A stretch of 59,631 nucleotides of DNA, counting the filler, from Trichosphaerium sp. ATCC 40318 (Eukaryota > Protista > Tubulinea): the NCBI GenBank assembly GCA_038496445.1. It is 3 parts of 3 records of this genome, joined end to end, with 100 filler letters (N's around TTAATTAATTAA, not from the genome) between each part and the next. Parts side by side here need not be neighbours in the genome. Positions count along the whole stretch, not along the records: positions 1 to 19,815 come from JALMLS010000554.1; positions 19,916 to 37,586 come from JALMLS010000351.1; 1 more part is not named here. The stretch is one strand, 5' to 3'. Below are positions 12,195-23,267 of the stretch, in pieces; position 1 is the stretch's first letter, and each line of letters opens with the position of its first letter. The position numbers and the translations under genes are program-made. The notes below the pieces were generated by a model. The model saw nothing but the letters and a program-made list of their open reading frames with translations, did no database searches and had not been told where the DNA came from.

Positions 12195-12547
12195 ATGGCA
12201 GCTCATATACTACACTTGCCACTGGAGCTATGCCTTTATATTACCGATATAGACAACGAAATATAGGCAAAATGGTCCATGCAACTAGGTTTGATGAAAA
12301 CTTGGAAAAACACCGCAAATGGTACTCTGAAAATGCCACAACAAAAAAGACAACAGAGTTGGAACACTGGAAACATGGTATAAAACACGGCGAATGCAAA
12401 CGTTACTACGCCACAGGAGTCTTTAGAGATGAATGCACGGATGTTGATGGTAAACTGGAGGGAGAGCATAAGAAATACAATTGTGATACTTACTGTATTA
12501 TCTGTCATTCAAGTTTTACTAATATTTTCTGGAAAGTGGGTTTCTAG
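12195..12547 (+). pseudogene. Degraded F-box-like plus MORN-variant repeat gene
   Basis: MAAHILHLPLELCLYI, then a stop/frameshift, then WKHGIKHGECKRYYATG...VDGKLEGEHKKY (MORN_2-like). Confidence 0.5.
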
Positions 12548-13039
12548 CACTTTTAGCAGCTCTAGCAAGAATTTACACTTCTGTAAAACGGTGTACATCT
12601 ATTACAATTAGAACTATTTGCCTGCCATTAATCACAATGAGTCTATCATAGTACGACTTCACGTCCCTTAAGTGATAAACATTTTTAATCTCAGTTTCAA
12701 AAACCTTGAAGGCGAGCGCAGTATTTACGTAGACATACTGCACATGTACGTTAAACCACATCAGTCCTAATTGATCTAATAGCGAATTAAAAGGTTATAT
12801 GGTCTACAAAGCTTGAGCATTCCGCCCCACAGACGAATGCCTCAAACACTGTTTGCCGTTATTTTGCTTTAAAAATCAACGTACGTGTATAACTTACAAC
12901 CTATGCTAACGCCCACTCCACGCTAACAGAAGAGCTCTCGCAGCATTCAAACAACAAGCACGTATATTGACATAAAAACCTCCAACGTTTTAACGGTTGG
13001 ATTCGCACAAATTTTCGGCATCACATTTTAAAAAGTGAG

Positions 13040-13262
13040 ATTTGCAAGTTCTGTCAGATCTGTTAAAAGCTACAAGATATGACGGATCTTGTCAGTTCTG
13101 GAAAAAACTAAATCCACATGTTTTTAACCATTATTTTATTTTGTACATTGTTAGCAGTTCTGTTGACGTCCTCTAATGTCCATCAGTTGTCTCCTATGCT
13201 CTAAAATGTACTATTACACTATACTAATACCGTACACTCAAAACAAGATACTTTGGAAGCGC
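13040..13262. repeat. Internal fragment of the 8958-9806 MITE family
   Basis: Colinear similarity to about 9090-9330 (GACGGATCTTGTCAGTTCTGGAA, TTAGCAGTTCTGTTGACGTCCTCTAA, AAGATACTTTGGAAGC). Confidence 0.7.
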
Positions 13263-13825
13263 TTTAATTTTGGCGATTATAACGTTAGATCCCTATCGTC
13301 CATTGGCTCCAACAAACAACAAACACCAGATTGAAGGAGAACCTATCTCTTGGCTTGACCGCTTGGTCACGAAGCCTGAGACCCTTGTTTTATTAAAAGT
13401 CACCGAACCACAATAAAACAATCACTGAAAAACCAAAAAACTTTTCCGAGTACATGTTTTGCTAGGGTGGGAAACTGTATTAAGCGTACCAACTTAAAAA
13501 CAAAACCCACCAAAACTAACTTAAAACAACAGAAACTGGTGCCTAGTTTTTTGCATAGGGTGGCAATTGTATTAAGTGTACTAACTTAATAGGATGGTAA
13601 CTGTGTAAGTACACTTGCTTAATTGAATTTAGACAATAATACGTTTATCAATCATTGCATTTTTAGATTTCACACTATTCAATCAACAGCGCACAAGATA
13701 ACCAATGCCAGCGAAGCCCAAGTGAGCCACTACCCTTAAGTTAACTAGACACAACCTTGCTCTGGTAGCAAGGTTTGGCGTTTAATATACCACATGTTTT
13801 GCTATAGGCTGGGAAACTGTATTAA

Positions 13826-14467
13826 GGGCGTCCTACCACAATAACCTTAACTATTTTATACATTCTTTAAATCAACTGTAACTCATCATACTACATCCTC
13901 ACGTGCAATAAACATGCTGGCCTTTAATTTGGCTTCGAATATTAATGTGACGGTTTGTATTTTGGGTTTTTTCACGCGTTTTCTGGTTCTCAATTAAACA
14001 TTCTCTGATTTCGCTTATACTACATCAATACTACAACACCACCTATTAAACATGATTTGAGATAAATTCAGCTTCGAATATAGATTTTAAGAAAAGTGTT
14101 TAGCTTATTTTGGAAAGAGAATCTTAATTTAGTATTTTTTCTTTTTTATACATACATATTTTGGTTTTAAACGTAGGCATAGCACCACCAGTGCTATTAA
14201 AAGCACAATCACAAAAGTTGAAGTTCGAATACTGGTTTTATCTTGAGTAATGATGTAAAATACTCTAAAACGCGTTTATATTGCCATAAAACGCGTTTTG
14301 GATACTTTTCGTTTTTGGAAAGTGAGTTTGAACAGCTTTTTTTTTTCAATTGTTTAAAGGCCACCAGAGGTTCTCTAGAGCGCTGTGCTGGTTGAACTAG
14401 GTGTATGCAATATGCAACCTAAAAATCAGGCCATTTAAGGCACCCTGGTCATTGTGGTAGGACGCCC
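13826..14467. mobile_element. 642-bp TTAA-targeting non-autonomous element (Kolobok-like ends)
   Basis: TIR GGGCGTCCTACCACAATRACC at both ends. TTAA at 13822-13825 and 14468-14471. The purine termini argue against piggyBac (CCC). Confidence 0.8.
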
Positions 14468-14791
14468 TTAATTTACAATCGCTTTGTACCACGCGAAAAC
14501 CTAGGTTAGTGCGTGACTGGACTTTAGATTAACGAGACAGTGATTGGCAGATAAGTGCACACGCAATGTGTCAGCCTTTAGCCGCCAAGAGGCAAACCTC
14601 TGACTCGCAGGTTAGGAGATGGAGGAGCGTAAGCGGGGGGGTAGGCACTATTAAAATGGGGTATTTTGGAAAATAAACGAAATCGACACAAAAAGTCAAA
14701 GCGGGTGTACAGTAATTGTTTTGTTTATTGAATGATTGATTAAAGCGCTAAACCAATGTAAAGGATGTTTTGCGCTGTGTTAGATACGAAA

Positions 14792-15755
14792 TTATAGACC
14801 GGAGAAAGGTTTGGTTGAAAGTGGTACAGAATAGTTCTCACAGTGTGTGAGCTCCCAAATTTGGCGTTTAAGTTCCACTGCATAATTGTGGTAATCGCGA
14901 ATCGCTTGTGTAAGATTTTTTATCTCCTCGTCACGTTCACTGATGGTGTTACCTCTTTTGCGAGCTAAGGCCAGCGCGGCTAAATACTTATTTTGTTTAA
15001 CAATTTCATCACGCTTTGGTTGGGTTTTTTTGTATCTGCCCTCAAACTTGTGAGCTCTTTGGCGAAAACCTTTGAAACAAGGGGGATCGTGGACACAAGT
15101 GGTACAAGTGTAGTTGAAACATCTAAAAAACACATTAACTGACAGTAGGGGAGGTAAACAGTTTAAAAACAAGCAATTTTGGTACGTACTTGTCACGGTC
15201 CAAGTTGGTCCAGTTCGGTTCAAGAGTCAAATGCGTAAACTCCCAGCACATGCATACAGCACAACGGTGAGAGACATCCATGTTACCACAGAGAACACCT
15301 GGGCAATATTTCCATTCAGTAAGGTCAGCGTTTCGCGCGTAGATTGATATTCCGTTCACAGCCAGTATAATATGCGTTACAGAATAGCGAACATTAGTAA
15401 GTGGCCTAATATAAGGACGATTATCCTTGTTTAGGTATTTGCCGTTAGCAAATATGCTGCACTCCAGTGGGTCATTGCGTTTTTGTTTTTGTAAACACGC
15501 AACCAATATCTGTAGGTTTTTTTGGCCAATTTCCCGTACATCACGAGTGCAGGTATGTCTTGCCACTTCAAAATCTCGCGCAAACACATACCAGTACTTA
15601 CCAGGATATTCATTTTTAATGCGATAGCGAATTGCTTCAACAAAGCTGACTGTAGGTTTTTCGTCGCTTTCTTTTTTGTAAAAGAGAGTGTCAGCCCATG
15701 CACTGTTATCAGTATTTTGCACTGAGTGCCCATCCACTGATTTATCGCAAGCCAT
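14792..15755 (-). CDS. His-Cys box (His-Me finger, I-PpoI-like) endonuclease with a C-terminal coiled coil; 2 exons
   Basis: Splicing the GT-AG intron 15189-15123 gives DVSHRCAVCMCWEFTHLTLEPNWTNLDRDKCFNYTCTTCVHDPPC, which matches SHxCxxxxCxxxxHLxxExxxxNxxRxxC...CxHxxxC. Confidence 0.8.
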
Positions 15756-15989
15756 GACGTTACTGTTGTTTGGTTGTTAAATAAATGACTGACTATTGTG
15801 ATTGATCAAGAGTGATTTTATTCATAAGTTTCATTGATTTTTTTTTTGCTTTCACTCACTCATCAATCTCAAGTTGGTAGGGGAGATAGAAACTATTTTA
15901 AGTAGAGTTTTTGGTTTTTAGTTTGCACCATATTTTTACATTAGTCAGCATTCATTCAGATTGATTAAGGGTGGTGGGTTGATATTGCG

Positions 15990-17111
15990 ATAGCTTGTTT
16001 ATTGAGTAGCTCTTGTTGCAACGATAGAGAGGTGAGAGAGAGGTACAAAGTCTTTCACTTTCTTGTCACCTATATTTTCGCCGTCGAAGAAGTCTGACGA
16101 CTTTGTCTCTCCAGCCTTAAGGTGCTCTAACTGTGTTAAGTTACTGCCCTTAAGTATAACATTGTAGTCATTGCGTAATTGCCTCTAGCCGTTGCTACGC
16201 CTCTAGGTTGTTGACTTTGTACGTTAAGTCGCCAACCTCCCTTAGTCTCAAACGTCCGTAAAACCTGGTTTGTAAAGCCATTATCTCGCTGGCGTGTTAA
16301 GATATGAAGCGCATTTGACCGAATGTGACCTTGTTTCGAAGTTTGCTGGTTGCCGTTATGCTGACAATGGGCACATTGCAAAGCCAATATGGCACAAAGC
16401 TTTTGCGAAACCTGGTGGACCTAAGGAAGCAGATTGGACGCATACTATCAAGGCTGTATTGCTAGAATTGGAGAACTCAAGTAAGAATTGCAGTGACTCT
16501 TGGGGCTATGTGTACTATTTATTACTCAATTACCTGCACCACCTCTATACATATGTTTGAGGCTGAGACAGCTAAAGTGTAATAAGACAAGTTGAATAAT
16601 ATTCGAATGTTACTGCTATACTTGAACTTTCTAGAGCAAGTTTGTCCTTCCATGTTTTTAGTGGCCGGCTCTTCGAACTCTGCCCATAGTCTACTATGAC
16701 TGTACCTGTTTTTAAGAACAGAAAACTCAAGTTTGTTTTTTTACAGGTTTGAATAAACAAACGGAGCTTGAATACTGCCAAAGGTTCAGATACTTTATTT
16801 CAACTAACCAGCCGATTTCATTGCTGAACTTAATTACTATCAAGACAAGCGATTCGGGCTAGTAGTTTTGCATTGTATTCCTCCAGCTTAGCGATTTTGT
16901 CCAGGTACATTGTGTTGTTTTCCTCATGTTTGACATTATCGTCCTTCAGTTTGGCGTTATCCTGCTCTATTTTAGCGATTTTACTACAATGGCTAGTTTT
17001 CTCTTCCTTTAATTTAGCGATTTGATTGCATTGCATGGCATTGCTTTTCTCAAGTATTGCATGGGCTTGTATCAAATCTTCCAAAGCAGAGTTTGATTCA
17101 TTCATGGTTTT
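15990..17111. repeat. Left arm of a ~1.12-kb inverted duplication
   Basis: Reverse complement of 18695-19814. The only differences I noticed are two 1-nt homopolymer indels. Confidence 0.9.
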
Positions 17112-17120
17112 TTGTGGCAT
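16830..17120 (-). CDS. Short coiled-coil ORF (duplicated at 18701-18976, + strand)
   Basis: Heptad-like IAKLKEE/IAKIEQDNAKL/IAKLEEYNAKL repeats. It may be an exon of a larger gene. Confidence 0.4.
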   Translation of the reverse strand: MPQKTMNESNSALEDLIQAHAILEKSNAMQCNQIAKLKEEKTSHCSKIAKIEQDNAKLKDDNVKHEENNTMYLDKIAKLEEYNAKLLARIACLDSN

Positions 17121-17268
17121 GTTTGTTTGCTCTGGTTGATTCAGCTTTGCGGCTGCCCATAATTGTCTTGCAGAACGAATTAGTAGGCTATTTTGTATAA
17201 GTAGTCTTACCGCTTTGTGATAAGAGACTCATCATCAGATAACTCATCATCCTCCTTTGACATTTTGT

Positions 17269-18694
17269 TTAACTTCTTGTTTGAGCTTTTACTTTTTTTG
17301 GGCTTTCGTTTCACCTTAAGGATATATCGAGCAACTGCTTGAGCATCTAAATATTTTTAAACATTGAAAATATGATATTACTTTTAGATGGTACCTTGAG
17401 CCACAACCAACTCATCACGTGAATACTTATCAATATTTTCTTTTACCGCTATGCCTTTGTCGTTTACCACTGCATAATGACTTTGGTATCCTGGTTTAAT
17501 AGGCTTACCCATAAGGCTCTCGGTACCAAATGGATTTTCTATTGCCTAATAGTATTGTAAATACAAGGTTACACATAACGTTTGTGTACAAGATACACAT
17601 TCCCAGGAGTGACAAGACTCAGGATAAGTGTTTTTACGGTGGGTGAAGGGTCATATGAGCAAGCATAAGCAATACTACTCTATTACATAATGTTAAACAG
17701 AGAAGTGTTTGATGTAGTAAGTACTGTAAAGTAGATTCCTTGTCCATAATAACCAGCATCCAATGCACTTACAGTCCCAAAACCAGCCTTTACAATACTG
17801 TAAGCTGCTGTTGTTCCATGGGCCATCAATATCACTGGTAACTGAGCAAGCTTGTTAGTATGGATATTTTGACAAATATTACCGGTTCATTTGAAGTTTC
17901 TTTATCATCATGGTCATTGTATGTGGTGATGGCTTTGTATTTTTTGTAAACATTGTCTTTGTGCTTCTTGTTGATATTTTTGCTCTCTTCCTTCTTAAAC
18001 AAGGTAGGTAGTTCTCTGTAGTACTTTTAGAAGCACGAGAAATGTTAAAAAAGTGTATTTATGTACAAATGTCTATGTCTCAGTATTTGGTTGGCCCTTC
18101 CAAAGTTTTCTGCTAAGATGTCATTGTGTACAAGAGTCGCTTCAACAATGTCATAATTGTCATAGCCATGCAGTTTTGACATCTCTTGTTTGAGGATCTT
18201 AAATTCTCTAACAGCCACTTTGTCATCGGGATCAAGTAGATTAAGAGTTTTATAGTCTGTTGCCTTTAACACAGCACCTCTTTTATTGGATGTTAAAGAG
18301 CAGAAAATAATTACCAGTTGAACGCACGTGTCTTTAGATCTCTGCAAATTGTTTGCAAAATACAATCGTGGGTTAAGATCCCATGCGCGTTTACTTTTTA
18401 ATCCTGCGTAATTTGCTTGTAACACTTAGTTTTTTCAACAGATATCCAAGATAACTTTTTACCTGCAGTGATATATCCTTTTTCTGATGACTCATTTTGG
18501 TAGATGTTACCCCATGCGTCATTGGGCATATCATACAAGATACCTTGCATTAGTTGGCCATCTTGTTTCCAGAAGTCCTGGTTTAAAAGAAGTTAATTAA
18601 ACAGAATGTGTGGATATCGTACTGGAGACTGTACAACTTTGGGATCACATGCAGAACAAATTAAATAACAAATACCTTTTTCCATTGCCAGCTT
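17269..18694 (-). CDS. PARP-like ADP-ribosyltransferase catalytic domain gene (multi-exon; 5' end cut by the inversion breakpoint)
   Basis: Motifs LMAHGTT, GFGTVSALDAGYYGQGIYFT, YACSY, LILSLVTPGN, GYQSH and DELVVAQDAQAVARYIL give the H-Y-E triad layout. Confidence 0.8.
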
Positions 18695-19814
18695 AAAACC
18701 ATGAATGAATCAAACTCTGCTTTGGAAGATTTGATACAAGCCCATGCAATACTTGAGAAAAGCAATGCCATGCAATGCAATCAAATCGCTAAATTAAAGG
18801 AAGAGAAAACTAGCCATTGTAGTAAAATCGCTAAAATAGAGCAGGATAACGCCAAACTGAAGGACGATAATGTCAAACATGAGGAAAACAACACAATGTA
18901 CCTGGACAAAATCGCTAAGCTGGAGGAATACAATGCAAAACTACTAGCCCGAATCGCTTGTCTTGATAGTAATTAAGTTCAGCAATGAAATCGGCTGGTT
19001 AGTTGAAATAAAGTATCTGAACCTTTGGCAGTATTCAAGCTCCGTTTGTTTATTCAAACCTGTAAAAAAACAAACTTGAGTTTTCTGTTCTTAAAAACAG
19101 GTACAGTCATAGTAGACTATGGGCAGAGTTCGAAGAGCGGCCACTAAAAACATGGAAGGACAAACTTGCTCTAGAAAGTTCAAGTATAGCAGTAACATTC
19201 GAATATTATTCAACTTGTCTTATTACACTTTAGCTGTCTCAGCCTCAAACATATGTATAGAGGTGGTGCAGGTAATTGAGTAATAAATAGTACACATAGC
19301 CCCAAGAGTCACTGCAATTCTTACTTGAGTTCTCCAATTCTAGCAATACAGCCTTGATAGTATGCGTCCAATCTGCTTCCTTAGGTCCACCAGGTTTCGC
19401 AAAAGCTTTGTGCCATATTGGCTTTGCAATGTGCCCATTGTCAGCATAACGGCAACCAGCAAACTTCGAAACAAGGTCACATTCGGTCAAATGCGCTTCA
19501 TATCTTAACACGCCAGCGAGATAATGGCTTTACAAACCAGGTTTTACGGACGTTTGAGACTAAGGGAGGTTGGCGACTTAACGTACAAAGTCAACAACCT
19601 AGAGGCGTAGCAACGGCTAGAGGCAATTACGCAATGACTACAATGTTATACTTAAGGCAGTAACTTAACACAGTTAGAGCACCTTAAGGCTGGAGAGACA
19701 AAGTCGTCAGACTTCTTCGACGGCGAAAATATAGGTGACAAGAAAGTGAAAGACTTTGTACCTCTCTCTCACCTCTCTATCGTTGCAACAAGAGCTACTC
19801 AATAAACAAGCTAT
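18695..19814. repeat. Right arm of the inverted duplication, running into the gap
   Basis: Near-identical reverse complement of 15990-17111. Confidence 0.9.
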
Positions 19815-19815
19815 A

Positions 19816-19915
19816 NNNNNNNNNNNNNNNNNNNNNNNNNNNNNNNNNNNNNNNNNNNNTTAATTAATTAANNNNNNNNNNNNNNNNNNNNNNNNNNNNN
19901 NNNNNNNNNNNNNNN
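19816..19915. other. Assembly gap with an artificial TTAATTAATTAA linker
   Basis: N-run containing a linker with stops in all six frames. Confidence 0.97.
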
Positions 19916-20224
19916 CCAACAGCAAATCAACTCAAGGCAATGCCTTTTGTAAATTTCTTGATAAAAGAAATAATGGGTCCTTTCAAGACGTACTCAATTG
20001 CGACATCAAAAGCTCTAGAAAATGGAGATAAATCATTTGTAGCACGTATTTACGATGAAGATGTTTCATTTCTTTGCAGACCATATCCAACACGTTCTCG
20101 TAAAATGATGAGGTCATTCATAAGAAATCATTTATCTTCTCTTGAAAAACTAGAGTGGAACGCATTCTTGGCACAGTATGGCCTCGATGATACTTTCGGT
20201 GTACCAATACAATCTAAGCTTTAA
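19916..20224 (+). CDS. 3' end of a gene whose product ends in the peroxisomal targeting signal PTS1 (-SKL)
   Basis: Open frame after the gap ending GVPIQSKL*. Confidence 0.55.
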   Translation, partial: PTANQLKAMPFVNFLIKEIMGPFKTYSIATSKALENGDKSFVARIYDEDVSFLCRPYPTRSRKMMRSFIRNHLSSLEKLEWNAFLAQYGLDDTFGVPIQSKL

Positions 20225-20463
20225 AACCAATAAAAAAATCTTCTGACTTATGTGTTCTGTCAGTGTTGAAGCAAGTGAGACGAGACTATTGTTGACGTCT
20301 ACAATTGTGAAACTAGTGTATCTTGTTTTGTCCTCTAGCACCTATACAACATCTGCACAAATGCCTGAACGGCTGACCCTGAAGCACATGCACAGGATAG
20401 TTTTTTTGTCGCATTATTTTGACACGTTTGACTTGTTTTTGACGATAAATCGTTTCGGCTCAA

Positions 20464-21110
20464 ATGTTGAAGGGTGTGATAGTCTCGTTAGTGTTATTGT
20501 TAATTATTGGTACAACTACGGCCATACTAAAGTGTAATAAACCAGGGACAGTATGTTTCGGAAAAGGTACGCCAGTAAAACAATAATAATACAAGGTGTA
20601 AGTGCGCACGTGGCATTTTGCCAAGTTGGAATTTTCTTGGCGACGGAATAAATTAACAACTCTTCCTATTGTCTTACTTTGTCTTTACAAGGCGCTATCG
20701 GGTGTTGTCCATACGTAGATGGAGTTTGTTGCGATAACGTAGAAACTTGTTGTCCAAAAGGACATGTATGTGACGCTCTGGGTGGATGCATCCCTGAAGA
20801 TATCAAACCTATCAAAAAACTAGAGGTACATCTATTGTAACATTGAAAAAACATTTCTTTTTACCTCAACTACTTTTAGAACGAATGCCCTGCAGGTCTT
20901 TGTGATCCTGGTGTTATATGTTGTACACTTCAAAACGGCCAACAAGGATGTTGTCCTTTCGCTAACGGCACGTGTTGCCAAGACCATTTACATTGTTGTC
21001 CTCTTGGATACAAATGTACAATTGGCCCTAACAGGTGCATACCTGACATTGGAGTATTACGTCACGCTGCTGGTACGATTATTATTGCTGTTGTTGCTTT
21101 TTATTCCTAA
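20464..21110 (+). CDS. Secreted progranulin-like protein with two granulin domains
   Basis: Signal peptide MLKGVIVSLVLLLIIGTTTA. GCCPYVDGVCCDNVETCCPKGHVC and CPAGLCDPGVICCTLQNGQQGCCPFANGTCCQDHLHCCPLGYKCTIGPNRC match the granulin Cys pattern. Two introns. Confidence 0.85.
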
Positions 21111-21937
21111 GCCTTGTACTAGAGTTAACAGCATACCCATAAGTAAATTCGAAATAACGAACAGAGAATAAAGTTTGCGTTTACGAAGACGTCTTGTTAA
21201 TTATTGGATGAGGATCTGCAATTTTTGTGATTCAATTTACATGCAGACTTGAACTTTTTCTTTTTTATCTAGATTGCCGTACATCGAGTTGCTCCCTCTA
21301 TTTTCAAGCTGAAAAAGTTCTTTGTGCAGTCAATCCACAAGACTCAATGCTGTTGCTTAAATATAATGCGCAAAGCTGGATGAGAGAAGCGGTTGTAGAA
21401 AGAGGTCGGCACAAACTCTTTTACTACTTTCTGTGCACTATCACTGCAAACACTTCATAACGTTGATCCTTTATCCTTTGATCACTTACACAGAGATTAT
21501 ATTGTGTAGAAACATTCCCGCAGTACTGATATCATAGTGTGTACAAGCCTAAAAACTAGTCGCTGCGCTGTTAGTATCCCACTTCTCAGGACACCATGTG
21601 ATAGTAAATTTATTTATGAGCAAGAAGAATAAGTGACGGCCAGGCGTTGACATTCTCTATGAGCATGGTACTTTTAACTCTTAGTCTTCTGAAAATGAGG
21701 AATGTGCAAATACTACAAAAAGAATAAACACCGGTGGCAAATCAATTTTGCCGGGTTACAAACATGATCTATCATTGCTTTGTACATCCTACCAAAGCAA
21801 ATTAAGAGTATGTCGCGGTAAGAGGTACATAGTTAAATGAGTACACAAATGTAGTTATTTCACAAGACAAATGTAATTAAGTACACAATCCTCAACAAAC
21901 TGAAAAAAAACAACATAAACAAATCAAACTCATCCCA

Positions 21938-22335
21938 ATGAACGCAACACTACTCTTCCTTATTATCTTTACTCTCTTTGTAACTTCTAATGCATGGCCT
22001 GTTCGCTATGTTGTACGCAATATTCAATTTACTTGTTTATTTCATCACGTGCTTGCGGTTTTATCCAAAACAACAAATGTTGATTTCAAGGTTTTGAAGT
22101 TGTTCTAACGTTTTTATCCAAGGAATGTCGTGATTTCTGTCAGAGCCTATACGAGAATTGTATTTCTGGTGGAACCGGACAAGAAACTTGTCGTCATAAT
22201 CAAGGAGGATGTGAGGAAGGTTGCTGTAAGAGACTGTACATAAATCCATACGAATGCTCACTATGTTGTGCAAATGGAAATGTTGTAAACGCACATACTT
22301 GCCACCGTATGTGTTACTTCAGGCCTAGACACTAG
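21938..22335 (+). CDS. Small secreted 12-cysteine peptide, copy 1
   Basis: MNATLLFLIIFTLFVTSNAWPVRYV / intron / ECRDFCQSLYENCISGGTGQETCRHNQGGCEEGCCKRLYINPYECSLCCANGNVVNAHTCHRMCYFRPRH*. Confidence 0.75.
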
Positions 22336-23267
22336 TGCTACACGACCGTGTTAAACGCCCCCCACAATAAATAGTTCTTTTTCATGTTGTTTGGTTCACG
22401 TTGAAGCTGGAAGTACAATGTAAGTACCTAACCATCTCTCAAGGTATTGGACGGGAACACTCAAATTATAATAGAAGCTTACCACGGAACTTTGTTCACG
22501 TTTATTGATGACCTCCTACAATGTTGTCTACAAAAGAAGCAAATTACAGTATTTATAGCGGTGATGAAGAGTGCATTTTTGTTCGGTTGTGAGCTACGGT
22601 TATTGGTAATATAAACGGTCCTCATAAACCATTATGCCAAAAGCCTACTAGAACTCACTATCGGACGTTATATGACATCATTCAGTTGAAAATTCTAATG
22701 ATGTCACAAGGAAAAATATTGTTGGGGTTTTTTGACATCCAACCCGATAAAAAATCAACACGACTGTACCTTTTTTTTTACATTGTGTCAGCAGTATCTA
22801 ACGAATTTATCGGAGTGTTATCAACACTGATATTTTGATAATAAAACGTGAACCCTTATCTCTCTACAAGTTTTGTGTTGGAGATGCTTGTGCTACTGCT
22901 CGTGTAGGTCGTTTTTAGATGAATACATAGCACACAAGTACTGCAAAACTTCACTTCGCTTTTAAAAGGATTTACAAGGACCTTTGGATCTAACATTGAT
23001 ATATACTATGCACCATGACAGTGTGCTTGTATTCCTGTGTTTTAACTTTGTTGCTTTCGATAACAAACAAAACGCACAAAGTTACAATCAACTCTCATCA
23101 GTGGTGTTGTCGTCATTGCTTTTGAAACAAACAATGAGAACAGATCACACTTGATTCGGATTGTATTTTTTAAAACCGTTTTCCTCAAACCATCACGTGC
23201 GTTGATTTCAAAAACTATGAATATCATTTTCGTTCTCGTTATGAGGAGTATCTGATTGTTTTAGAAA

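Noticed and set aside
16294-16560. Plus-strand ORF within the inverted repeat arm
   Set aside because: It may be an exon, but I found no identifiable family or complete gene model.
19860-19871. TTAATTAATTAA palindrome between N-runs (also at 37631-37642)
   Set aside because: Artificial scaffolding linker. Adjacency across the gaps is not reliable.
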